Source: an uncultured Gemmataceae bacterium
GTDB taxonomy: Bacteria; Planctomycetota; Planctomycetia; Gemmatales; Gemmataceae
Direction of reading: 5' to 3'
NCBI GenBank assembly: GCA_963750165.1
Contig: CAVVPN010000003.1
Location: forward strand, 1,600,001-1,664,000
Length of the DNA: 64,000 nucleotides
The notes under the pieces were generated by a model that saw nothing but the letters and a program-made list of their open reading frames with translations, did no database searches and was not told the origin of the DNA. Position numbers and translations under genes: made by a program. Shown here in pieces: positions 10,476 to 19,399 of this stretch; positions within the stretch are counted from its first letter, which is position 1; each line of letters opens with the position of its first letter.

Positions 10476-13400
10476 TCAACCCCGCTGCAACATCTGCCGC
10501 ACCCCCGCGAAGTCGCCATCGACGATCTGCTCGAATCCGATGGGGTGCAGCACGTCGGCGATATGCGCCAGCATGTCGCCCACATCCACGATCCACCGGC
10601 TCATCTTCACCAGCAGCATGCCGTCCTGCATGCCCAGCAGGTTGTCGTTGCGCAGCTGCAGCAGGGCGTCCAGTTCGCCCTTCCAGTGCCGCGTGTGGGC
10701 GGCCCGCTCGCGGATGCTGCCGATGCGGGCGTCCTCCAGCGTCAGCGGCAGGATGCGCCGCAAGAACTCCTCCGCCTGACTGCGGCTGTACTGGTAGATG
10801 CCGTGCAGTTCACTCATGCAGAACACCGACCGCAGATATTTTTCGCTCAGCACCACGACTACCCGGTCACCGCGCGTGAGCGCGTGCATGAATTTCGAGA
10901 TGCGCTCGCCGCGGCGCATGGCGTCCTTGTCGCGGATGACCTCGTAGTCCCACGACCGCAGCCGTGCGCACAGGCGCTCAACCACCTCCTCGCGCTGCCG
11001 GCCCGCCGCGGTCGTGTCCTCACCCCAGGCGTAGGAAATGAACACCTGCGGTTTGCCGGCCCGCACGACCACCGATGGTTCGACGATCTCCAGGTCCTCG
11101 ATGCCGCCCCGCGCCGCGTCCGGCGCGGGCTGCTGCCGCTCCGGCGTGCGCGTCACCTCCGGCGGTTGGCCGACGGCCACCTCGAGCAGCGTCTTGAGCA
11201 CGCTCTCCACCAGGTCCGCCGCCTGCTCGCCCCACGCGGACAGGGTGACCTCCCCGGCCCACGGCTGCTCCGGCCCCAGCCCCTGCCGGCTCTGGATCAG
11301 CAGTTTGCAGCGGGTCTTCTGCTCCCAGAAGCGGCAGCCGTACTTCCAGTACACCGCGGCGTCGCGCCCCTGTTCGCCGACCCTCGACAGGAACGTGCGC
11401 AGGATGCCCTCGTGCAGGAAGCCGAAGCGGGCCGTCGCCGCGGCCGTCGGCGGCGTCTCCGGCACCCAGCCGGCCAGCTGGTCCTGCACGCCGCGATCCG
11501 CGAAGTCCGGCAGCAGGTCCGGGGCGGCGTAGTCCCACACCGCATCACGCCCCGGCGCGGCCAGGTTGCGGACCCGGAAGCAGATGCCGCAGCTTAGCAT
11601 CATGCCGAGGAAGGTTTCCTGCTCGGCGTCGCTGTAGTCCTGCCAGACGAGCTGGGCCAGTGTCTGGCGGACGAAGCGGCCGTCGCGGAACAGGTACGGC
11701 AGGGTGCGCTGGCGGTCGAACAGCGTGTAGATCGCCTGCAGTGCCCAGCTCTGATCCAGGATGATGCGGTCCTCGAACAGGCCGCGGCGGTAGAACACCA
11801 CGCCGCTGCGGTGCAGGAACTCCAGCAGCGCCGCCGGGTCGCTGACCTTGCCCGTCTCCTGGCACAGGGCCTGGAACTCGTCCTGGGTGAGGGTGCGGTG
11901 TCGGCGCTGGGCGGGCGGCCGGACCTGGTCCTCCTCCAGCATGGCCCGCAGCCGCTCGCGCACCTCCGCCCGCCCCGCCCCGATCTGCCGCAGCGGCCGC
12001 CGGTGCAACAGGTGCTGCACCGCTTGCTTGAGGTGGCCCACCAGGGCGTCCAGCCCGTAGTCGGTTTTGGCGCTGAACTCCAGGAACTTGCGAGAGCGGA
12101 AATCCTTCACGGGTACATCGGGCTGCGGCCGGCATTGTTCGGGGCCGTCGCACTGGCTCTGGACGACCAGGACCGGGCTGACGGTGCCGGCCAGGCGGCG
12201 GACGTAATCGAGCCAGTAGGCCAGGGGGTGATGGCGCATCTCCACGCCCTTCTCGACCGTGCCGCCCGTCTCGTGGTCCGGCGTCCACAGGAGGACGAAG
12301 ACCGCGTGCCCCTGCAGGAAGAGGGCGTGCGTGCCGTGGTAGACGTCCTGGCCGCCGAAGTCCCAGAAGCGGACATGCACGGGGCGGTCGCGCCCGGTCA
12401 GGGTTAGCTCGAAGTCGTGGAGTTCCACGCCGTGCGTGGTGGGGACGTTGTTGGGGTCGGGGTCGTACGGCAGCCCGCGCAGGCGGCGGCACAGCTGCGT
12501 CTTGCCGACGCCGCCGTTACCCAGGACGAAGAGTTTGACTTCCGCGTCCTCGGCGGCACCGTGTTCCAGGTCGGCGTAATGGGCTTTCACCTGGTCGAGG
12601 ACATTCTCGTGTGATGCTTGGCCACAGACTTCTTCCGGCAAGTCGTTGAAATGACAATCGAAGAGACGCAGTTCCTGGAGTTTGGGGAACAATTGATGGA
12701 ACCTGTCAAAGACGCGAAGTTTGTCACACCGGCACAGGTCGAGGGACTGGAGGTTGACCAGGGCCGCCAGCGGGGCCACGTCGGCCACGCCGGTGCTCTC
12801 CAGGTCGAGGGATTGGAGGTTGGTCAGGGCCGCCAGCGGGGCCACGTCGGCCACGCCGGTGCTCTCCAGGTCGAGGGACTGGAGGTTGGTCAGGGCCGCC
12901 AGCGGGGCCACGTCGGTCACGCCGGTGCTGGCCAGGTCGAGGGACTGGAGGTTGGCCAGGGCCGCCAGCGGCGCCACGTCGGTCACGCCGCGGCAGTTGC
13001 TGAGGTCGAGGGACTGGAGGTTGGCCAGGGCCGCCAGCGGCGCCACGTCGGTCACGCCGCGGCAATAGCTGAGGTCGAGGGACTGGAGGTTGGCCAGGGC
13101 CGCCAGCGGCGCCACGTCGGTCACGCCGGTGCTGGCCAGGTAGAGGGACTGGAGGTTGGCCAGGGCCGCCAGCGGCGCCACGTCGGTCACGCCGGTGCTG
13201 GCCAGGTAGAGGGACTGGAGGTTGGCCAGGGCCGCCAGCGGCGCCACGTCGGCCACGCCGGTGCTCTCCAGGTCGAGGGACTGGAGGTTGGCCAGGGCCG
13301 CCAGCGGCGCCACGTCGGCCACGCCGCGGCAGAAGCTGAGGTCGAGGGACTGGAGGTTGGCCAGGGCCGCCAGCGGCGCCACGTCGGTCACGCCGGTGCT

Positions 13401-14228
13401 GGCCAGGTAGAGGGACTGGAGGTTGGCCAGGGCCGCCAGCGGCGCCACGTCGGTCACGCCGCGGCAATAGCTGAGGTTGAGGGACTGGAGGTTGGCCAGG
13501 GCCGCCAGCGGCGCCACATCGGCCACCCCGGTGCTGTCCAGGTCGAGGGACTGGAGGTTGGCCAGGGCCGCCAGCGGCGCCACGTCGCTCACGCCGCGGC
13601 AGTAGCCGAGGTTGAGGGACTGGAGGTTGGCCAGGGCCGCCAGCGGCGCCACGTCGCTCACGCCGCGGCAGTAGCCGAGGTTGAGGGACTGGAGGTTGGC
13701 CAGGGCCGCCAGCGGCGCCACGTCGGTCACGCCGGTGTCGGTCAGGTCGAGGGACTGGAGGTTGGCCAGGGCCGCCAGCGGCGCCACATCGGCCACCCCG
13801 GTGCTGTTCAAGAAGAGGGACTGGAGGTTAGTGAGGGCCGCCAGCGGCACCACGTCTTTAATTTCCGTGCAGCCAGTCAGACTGATTCGCTCAAGCTGCG
13901 TTAGGGTTCCAAGAATGCTCAGGTCGGAGATGCCTTGCGCTTCCAAGTACCAGCAATGGCCCTGGGCGTCACCCGGTTGGGTTCCAAGAATGCTCAGGTC
14001 GGAGATGCCTTGCGCTGGTCGATTCGGATCCCATTCCCAATCAACACCGTCCTTGCCAATGCGAGGCGACCATTGCCCCAGCGCCAACACTCTCAGTTCC
14101 GTGAGGCTCCCCAACTCCTCGGGCAACGCATCGAGCGGCAAATCGCCAAGGTCGAGAACCTGGGCATGTTCCGCACGCGCCGCGGCGATGCGGCGCACGG
14201 CTTCCCGGTGGGCTTCTTCAGGCGACAT
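10476..14228 (-). CDS. Roco protein: LRR - Roc GTPase - COR - TIR
   Basis: About 17 LRRs; G1 GNGGVGKT, G2 PTTHGV, G3 DFGGQ, G4 SQCD, G5 SAK; COR motif LEFLHRSGVVFY...IILDQSW; TIR motif VFISYAW...VVVLSEKYLRSVFCMSEL. Confidence 0.93.
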   Translation of the reverse strand: MSPEEAHREAVRRIAAARAEHAQVLDLGDLPLDALPEELGSLTELRVLALGQWSPRIGKDGVDWEWDPNRPAQGISDLSILGTQPGDAQGHCWYLEAQGISDLSILGTLTQLERISLTGCTEIKDVVPLAALTNLQSLFLNSTGVADVAPLAALANLQSLDLTDTGVTDVAPLAALANLQSLNLGYCRGVSDVAPLAALANLQSLNLGYCRGVSDVAPLAALANLQSLDLDSTGVADVAPLAALANLQSLNLSYCRGVTDVAPLAALANLQSLYLASTGVTDVAPLAALANLQSLDLSFCRGVADVAPLAALANLQSLDLESTGVADVAPLAALANLQSLYLASTGVTDVAPLAALANLQSLYLASTGVTDVAPLAALANLQSLDLSYCRGVTDVAPLAALANLQSLDLSNCRGVTDVAPLAALANLQSLDLASTGVTDVAPLAALTNLQSLDLESTGVADVAPLAALTNLQSLDLESTGVADVAPLAALVNLQSLDLCRCDKLRVFDRFHQLFPKLQELRLFDCHFNDLPEEVCGQASHENVLDQVKAHYADLEHGAAEDAEVKLFVLGNGGVGKTQLCRRLRGLPYDPDPNNVPTTHGVELHDFELTLTGRDRPVHVRFWDFGGQDVYHGTHALFLQGHAVFVLLWTPDHETGGTVEKGVEMRHHPLAYWLDYVRRLAGTVSPVLVVQSQCDGPEQCRPQPDVPVKDFRSRKFLEFSAKTDYGLDALVGHLKQAVQHLLHRRPLRQIGAGRAEVRERLRAMLEEDQVRPPAQRRHRTLTQDEFQALCQETGKVSDPAALLEFLHRSGVVFYRRGLFEDRIILDQSWALQAIYTLFDRQRTLPYLFRDGRFVRQTLAQLVWQDYSDAEQETFLGMMLSCGICFRVRNLAAPGRDAVWDYAAPDLLPDFADRGVQDQLAGWVPETPPTAAATARFGFLHEGILRTFLSRVGEQGRDAAVYWKYGCRFWEQKTRCKLLIQSRQGLGPEQPWAGEVTLSAWGEQAADLVESVLKTLLEVAVGQPPEVTRTPERQQPAPDAARGGIEDLEIVEPSVVVRAGKPQVFISYAWGEDTTAAGRQREEVVERLCARLRSWDYEVIRDKDAMRRGERISKFMHALTRGDRVVVVLSEKYLRSVFCMSELHGIYQYSRSQAEEFLRRILPLTLEDARIGSIRERAAHTRHWKGELDALLQLRNDNLLGMQDGMLLVKMSRWIVDVGDMLAHIADVLHPIGFEQIVDGDFAGVRQMLQRG
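12734..13844 (-). repeat. Tandem 66/69-bp LRR-coding repeats (16 full units plus 1 divergent)
   Basis: Units LAAL(A/T)NLQSLxLxx(T/CR)GV(A/T/S)DVAP, nearly identical at DNA level. Confidence 0.95.
13904..14016. repeat. 38-bp exact direct repeat flanking a unique 37-bp spacer, in frame within the Roco gene
   Basis: GGGTTCCAAGAATGCTCAGGTCGGAGATGCCTTGCGCT at 13904-13941 and 13979-14016. Confidence 0.9.
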
Positions 14229-14262
14229 GCGGTTTTCTCCGATTCATGGTTCGGTTGCTGCT

Positions 14263-14624
14263 GTCCGGTTCGTAGTACCGGCTTTAGAGCAGTTTGCGGC
14301 TGGGTGTAGCGGTGGAGTGTGGTGGCCCTGTTACTCGGGCTGGCAGCGTGGGGCACGGGACGGCACTGGTTTCCGACACAGTGGCCCGGTGGCCCGGTGG
14401 CCCGGTGACTCTTCCGACGACCCGCTACACCCGTCCGCTCACTGCTCTAGCCGGAACCGACGCTCAGATTCCGGCTAATACGGGAGCGCCTGGAGAGTTC
14501 ATGTTCCCTGTCCGAGCCCGAGCGCCAGCGAGGTGGCAGCTGGCCCCTCGCTGGCGCTCGGGCTCGGACCCCAGACAAGAACGATCCAGGCGCTCCCGTA
14601 TAAAGCCGGCACTACGAACCGGAC
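14263..14624. mobile_element. Nested element: GTAG-type REP doublet interrupted by two different MITEs
   Basis: Outer arms GTCCGGTTCGTAGTACCGGCTTTAGCCGGAA / TTCCGGCTAAAGCCGGCACTACGAACCGGAC; MITE 14287-14447 with TA duplication; MITE 14479-14600 (TIR TACGGGAGCGCCTGGA) with TAA duplication. Confidence 0.85.
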
Positions 14625-15738
14625 GCCAGCATCCGGACTCTGTACGAGATGACGCGATGCGGTCCAGCCGTGGACACCTCATGGTACTGGCTCGCCACCC
14701 CGCCCGACAACGCCCCGGGCGCTGCTTCTTCCGCCCCGCCGGCAGCGGCTCCTCGGGGCACCAGCGCCGCGCCTCGGTGCGCAGCAGCCCTAGAAACACC
14801 TGCGCCGGCTCGGACAGGTCCAGCTCGCCCTCCGCGGTGGGGTGCTGGCGACAGATGAGCCGGACCACGTTCGGCGGCGCGAGGTCCGGGTGCAGGTCGC
14901 GCACCAGCAGCCCGCCGCGGTGCCGCGCCACCAGCGACCGCGGCAACAGCGCCACCCCCAGCTCCTTGCGCACGTAGCGGTCCACCGTCGGCCAGCCGCC
15001 CAGCTCCAGCACCACCCGCACCTTCTCCAGCACGCCCGCCGCCCGCAGCCTGCCGTTGAACGCCTGGCGCAGACTCGACTGGGCGTCCGGCAGGATCAGC
15101 GGGAACCCGAGCAGGTGCTCGGCCGTCACGGCGGGGCCTTTCGGCAGTCGCTCGAACGCCGCCGCGCTCGGCCCCCGGTCGGCGCACACCAGCTGCAGCG
15201 GGTCCGAGAACAGTTGCTCCACGTGCAGCTCGCGGCGGGCCAGCCGGTGGATGCGCGCCTCGTCGTCGGTGACCGCGGCGAGGTCGAGCACGCCGAGGGC
15301 CACCCGGCGGATGCGCGACTTGCCGCGCAGCACCGACACGCGCAGCGGTGCCGTCGGGCGCTCGCGGACGAAGGCGGTGACGGCCTCCAGGACGAAGCCG
15401 CCGACCGCCTCGTGACCGCAGGCGAAGCGCACCGCCGCGGGCCGGCCGCTGTGGACGTAGCCGGTGAAGTCCTGCCACCAGCGGACGGCTTCCTCGATGG
15501 CGGGCAGCAGGTCGCGGCCCTCCTGCGTGAGGACGAAGCGTTTGCCTTTTTTTTCGAGCCAGGGCCGCGGCAATTCCGTGCTGGCGTGCTGCAGCGGCTT
15601 GAGCCGCTTCGACATGCTGGCCTGGTTGATGTTGAGGTCTCTGGCCGCGACCGTGGCGTTGCCGTGGGCCGCCAGCAGCGCCAGGAGCGTGCGGCAACTT
15701 TCGGGGCTGAGCGGGATGGACGTGCGTGGCATGGTCAC
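14464..15738 (-). CDS. LysR-family transcriptional regulator (LysR similarity ends near 14770; the C-terminal tail runs through repeat DNA and is doubtful)
   Basis: HTH GNATVAARDLNINQASMSKRLKPL...LTQEG; substrate-binding domain with LDLA, FPLILP and ELGVALLP motifs. Confidence 0.88.
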   Translation of the reverse strand: MTMPRTSIPLSPESCRTLLALLAAHGNATVAARDLNINQASMSKRLKPLQHASTELPRPWLEKKGKRFVLTQEGRDLLPAIEEAVRWWQDFTGYVHSGRPAAVRFACGHEAVGGFVLEAVTAFVRERPTAPLRVSVLRGKSRIRRVALGVLDLAAVTDDEARIHRLARRELHVEQLFSDPLQLVCADRGPSAAAFERLPKGPAVTAEHLLGFPLILPDAQSSLRQAFNGRLRAAGVLEKVRVVLELGGWPTVDRYVRKELGVALLPRSLVARHRGGLLVRDLHPDLAPPNVVRLICRQHPTAEGELDLSEPAQVFLGLLRTEARRWCPEEPLPAGRKKQRPGRCRAGWRASTMRCPRLDRIASSRTESGCWRPVRSAGFIRERLDRSCLGSEPERQRGASCHLAGARARTGNMNSPGAPVLAGI

Positions 15739-15830
15739 CCATCCGTATCATGAACAATGGCGAACGTTATGGATTTTCATTCTTCATGCCATATTACACC
15801 CCACCGCCGCCGCAGACAACGCCGCCCGCG

Positions 15831-18092
15831 TCATTTCCGCCCGCCGCACCCCCCGACCGGCCCCGGTTGGATGCTCTCCCAGGTCGCATGGCCGGCGAAC
15901 AACACGTCCACCAGCCGGCCCAGTTCCTTCTGATCGAGCACGTGCCACAGCCGGCAAAGTTGGTGGTACGCGGCCTGCACGGGTTGCACAGTCGCGCCGG
16001 AGTGGTCCAGGGCGTTCTGATAAAACTCAAACGCTTCCGCATACTTGCCCAGAACCAGGGCCGCCTCGCCTTCGGTCGCGAACACCCAGAACGTGTCCTC
16101 GCGTTTCAGAATGTCCGGTCGCCAGCACAACTCGGCCACGCGCCTGGCGAGTCGGGTCGCCCGCGGCGCCTCACCGAGCAGCAGCGCCAGTGACGCCGCG
16201 TTGACCCCGGGGTAGTAATCGTCGGTCAGCTCGAACGCCTCCTCATAGACCAGCAGGGCCATGTGATACTGCTGCCATGCCGGCGAGCCCTGCGGCACTC
16301 CGCCACTCTCCTTATCCACCCGATACCACTTCCCCCACGCCGCGTCCCCCGCGTTCTTGTAGGTGCGTCCCAGCCGGCTCAGCGTCTCATGGTCGCCGAA
16401 GACCTTGCACCCTTCCTGGAAGCCAAGGACCAGCTTCTGGGCTTCCGCGCCTTTGCCCACCTCGGAGAGTAACAGGGCGTATTCCTGCTCCAGCGGCACC
16501 GCATGGCTGAACAACGGCCGGTACACTTCGAGCAACTTCAGCCCCTGCGCGGCCTTGCCCTCCTGCCAGAGACGATGGGCCTGGAACAGCGGCACACGGT
16601 AGCAGGGGCAGAGAACCGCCTCGTCCTGCGGCGGCTGCGCCATCAGATCGCGGAGGCTCTGCTGCGTCGTGGTGAGTCGGGCCGCCGCCACCCCGGCCGC
16701 GACCAGCGCACACTCGGCCGCCTGCGGTTCGTAGTCCCACTTCACGCTCATCAACCCGTAGACGGTCAGGGCGAAGTAATACTCCTCGCGCCAGTCGTAC
16801 ATCCGGCTGCGGTCGTGTCCCAGGACCAGGGCTGCCTCCTGCCGGATGCGCAGCAGGATTTCCAGCAACCGATCCAGCGTCTGCTCGTTCAGCACGCCAC
16901 GGCCGCCCGGCGGTTCGCGGCGTGCGGCGTCATCGCGGCTCAGGATCTGCTCGGTGCGCTCCGCCAGCTGTCGCTCGAAGAAGTACGCGAACTCCAGCCG
17001 ATCCGCCCGCCGCCCCCGGTCGGTATTGCTGGCCGGCCCGGTTCGCTTCCGCGCCGAGTCGTGTAGCAGCCGGTCGCGGATTTTCGGCTCGCGGTACAGT
17101 TTCGTCAGCATCCGGACCTTCAGCTCGGTCTCCAGTTTGACGAAATCCCAGACGATGACGTTATCCGGCCGCATCGTGCCATAGTCGATGATGACCGGGT
17201 ACTGTGCCTCCTCGCGTTCGACGCCGAGCAGGATGTTGCGGCCGTGCAGGTCGCCGTGCGACCGGCCGACCAGCGTCTCGGGCAGGGTGTTGGTGTCCAG
17301 GGCCCAGCGCACGTAGCTCACCGGGTCCAGGTAGGTCGGCACCAGGTCGGCGAGGTTTTCGGGCCGCTCCTTGCCGCACAGCAGCCAGATGGCGTCGCGG
17401 CGCAGTGCCACCGGGTCCGGCCGCCGCGCCCCGCCGGTGCAGCACCATTTCGTCAGCACCCGGTCCACTTCCGCCTTCGCCCCGGTCAAGAGTTTGCCTT
17501 CGTAGAACGCCCGGCCGCGATCGTCGGTCAGTCTGCCGTCGGCGTAGAACCAGCGGCCGAGGTCGGTGAAAAGATGGCAGATCACCCGCTCCACCGACAC
17601 CGGATCGGGGTTGTCTTTCACGGCCCATTCGACCACGGTTTCCAGGGTTTCGACGCGAGTTTTTTCGCCGTAGCCGCCGAACAGCATGTAGGCGTCCCGG
17701 TAGATCACTGCGAACCGGTCGGTTTTGGGCAACCGGTCGTCTTTGGACAAATCGTAGGGCCGCGGCGCATGAAGGATGCGGCTGGCCACGTCGCGGCCGG
17801 CGGTGCAGGCGTTCCAGCCGGTCCAGTCCGATTCGACCTTCTCCTTGCGGCCGATCTTGACGATGTGCGACTCGAAGCCGTCGTCGAAGCGCACGCCGAC
17901 GCCGAGCACCACCGACTTGCTGATGTCGGGCGCATAGCCGGTGAAGGAGCGCGACACGGTGATGGCCCGGGCGGGGCGCTGCTCGTCCCGGGTGAAAATG
18001 GCGGCCAGTTCGGGCCGCAGCACGTCCTTGAAGGCGTCGGGGATCTCCCGCGCGGCCGGTTCCACGAATTCGACCAGGTGACGTTCGGCCAT
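15831..18092 (-). CDS. TCAD9/APH-like kinase fused to a TPR-S (MAP3K TRAF-binding-like) domain, 753 aa
   Basis: Start MAERHL with GGAGG RBS; IVKIG Lys, HGDLHGRNIL catalytic loop, IIDYG, WDFVKLETELK; C-terminal HETLSRLGRTYK, YEEAFELTDDYYPGVNAASLALLLG, FWVFATEGEAALVLG. Confidence 0.8.
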   Translation of the reverse strand: MAERHLVEFVEPAAREIPDAFKDVLRPELAAIFTRDEQRPARAITVSRSFTGYAPDISKSVVLGVGVRFDDGFESHIVKIGRKEKVESDWTGWNACTAGRDVASRILHAPRPYDLSKDDRLPKTDRFAVIYRDAYMLFGGYGEKTRVETLETVVEWAVKDNPDPVSVERVICHLFTDLGRWFYADGRLTDDRGRAFYEGKLLTGAKAEVDRVLTKWCCTGGARRPDPVALRRDAIWLLCGKERPENLADLVPTYLDPVSYVRWALDTNTLPETLVGRSHGDLHGRNILLGVEREEAQYPVIIDYGTMRPDNVIVWDFVKLETELKVRMLTKLYREPKIRDRLLHDSARKRTGPASNTDRGRRADRLEFAYFFERQLAERTEQILSRDDAARREPPGGRGVLNEQTLDRLLEILLRIRQEAALVLGHDRSRMYDWREEYYFALTVYGLMSVKWDYEPQAAECALVAAGVAAARLTTTQQSLRDLMAQPPQDEAVLCPCYRVPLFQAHRLWQEGKAAQGLKLLEVYRPLFSHAVPLEQEYALLLSEVGKGAEAQKLVLGFQEGCKVFGDHETLSRLGRTYKNAGDAAWGKWYRVDKESGGVPQGSPAWQQYHMALLVYEEAFELTDDYYPGVNAASLALLLGEAPRATRLARRVAELCWRPDILKREDTFWVFATEGEAALVLGKYAEAFEFYQNALDHSGATVQPVQAAYHQLCRLWHVLDQKELGRLVDVLFAGHATWESIQPGPVGGCGGRK

Positions 18093-18394
18093 TGGCGAAA
18101 CCTCCTTTGAGGTGAGAGGCGAGGCGCACATCACGATGATGGGGCGCGCCGGGCACTGGGGTTTCCCACCGCCGGGGTGGGCGATCTTGATTCCCCCATG
18201 TCGCAGCCCGATTGTACCCTGGCGAACCTCCGTGCAAACACAATTCGGCGTTCCTGTCAGGCACCACGGCCAGGAACCTGGAGAGATTGCCGATACGCGA
18301 CCGGCGCGAGTCATCGACCGCAGAACCTTCCCGTCGTGGGTTCATGCCCTCTACAATGGCGAGAGTCTCGTCGCCATGAATCCCTCGGTGCCCC

Positions 18395-19321
18395 ATGACG
18401 AACTCTGTTTCGCCGGAAGTGCTGCGCAAGGTCCGCAAGCTGGCCCAGCTGCCCGAGGAGGCGCGGCAGTGTCACTTCGCCGTGTCCATCACCCGTCTCA
18501 CCGTCCTCAAGAGCCTGTGCGCACAGCCCGACACGGCCAACCGCTTCGTGACGTACCTGGCGCGGGCCACCCGGCGGCGGGTGGAGGAAACGCCCAAACG
18601 TCCGCGGAGCCTCTCGGAGCAGGAGTGGGCGGCCCACCGCGACCTGCTCGGCCGGGCCGTCGTGGCGCTGGAGCGGTACCTGGAGCGGCCCACGGAGGAG
18701 GGTCGCGACCGGCTGCGGACGCTCTTGCGGGAGTTGATCGACGCGCAGAACGAGCACCGTCGGGTATACGGCGGGCCGGTGCGGATCATCAAGGACATGA
18801 ACCTGCTCGTGGTCGAGTACGCCGTGCGCACCGTCGTGGCCAACGCGGCCAGTGCCCCGTTCTGGGTCTACCATACGGCCCGCTGTTACGCAGAACGCTA
18901 CGACGCCCGCCACGGCACCGGCCTGACGCCGGAGTCGGCGCCGCTGGTACAGGACATCGCGGACTTCTGGCTGCAGGAGTACGGCCTCACCGCCGAGACG
19001 CTCACCGCGCCGGCGCGGTCGCGCAAGCCGCGGAAGGCAGCGGCGACGGGTGCGGCCGAGGAGCGGGTGCGGTTCACGCCGCGGCAGGGGCAGTTTTTGG
19101 CGTTCATTCACCTGTACCGCACGCTGCACCGCCGCGGACCGGCCGAGACGGACATGATGAAGTATTTTCGCGTGACGCCGCCCGCGGTCCACGACATGGT
19201 CGTCAAGCTGGAGCAACTGGGGCTGGTGACGCGCGAACCCGGGGTGGCGCGCTCCGTGCGCGTGGTGGTACCCGCCGCGGAACTGCCCGCGCTGGAGGCG
19301 GTCGAGGGGCCGGCGTGGTGA
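18395..19321 (+). CDS. Protein with unknown helical N-terminal domain and C-terminal LexA/MarR-like winged HTH
   Basis: FTPRQGQFLAFIHLY...PAETDMMKYFRVTPPAVHDMVVKLEQLGLVTREPGVARSVRV. Confidence 0.75.
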   Translation: MTNSVSPEVLRKVRKLAQLPEEARQCHFAVSITRLTVLKSLCAQPDTANRFVTYLARATRRRVEETPKRPRSLSEQEWAAHRDLLGRAVVALERYLERPTEEGRDRLRTLLRELIDAQNEHRRVYGGPVRIIKDMNLLVVEYAVRTVVANAASAPFWVYHTARCYAERYDARHGTGLTPESAPLVQDIADFWLQEYGLTAETLTAPARSRKPRKAAATGAAEERVRFTPRQGQFLAFIHLYRTLHRRGPAETDMMKYFRVTPPAVHDMVVKLEQLGLVTREPGVARSVRVVVPAAELPALEAVEGPAW

Positions 19322-19399
19322 TGGACCCGCCGCGGCGCTACGGTAGGTCCGGCGAGCCGAGCCGGACCCGCAGCGGTTGCCGCTCGGCTCGCGGCACCT

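Noticed and set aside
12618..13904. 428-aa repetitive plus-strand ORF, or a CRISPR array
   Set aside because: Antisense shadow of the LRR repeats; units are contiguous coding repeats without unique spacers, and no cas genes are present
14464..14770. Long C-terminal extension of LysR as an extra domain
   Set aside because: It is translated through the nested REP/MITE DNA and has no domain-like composition
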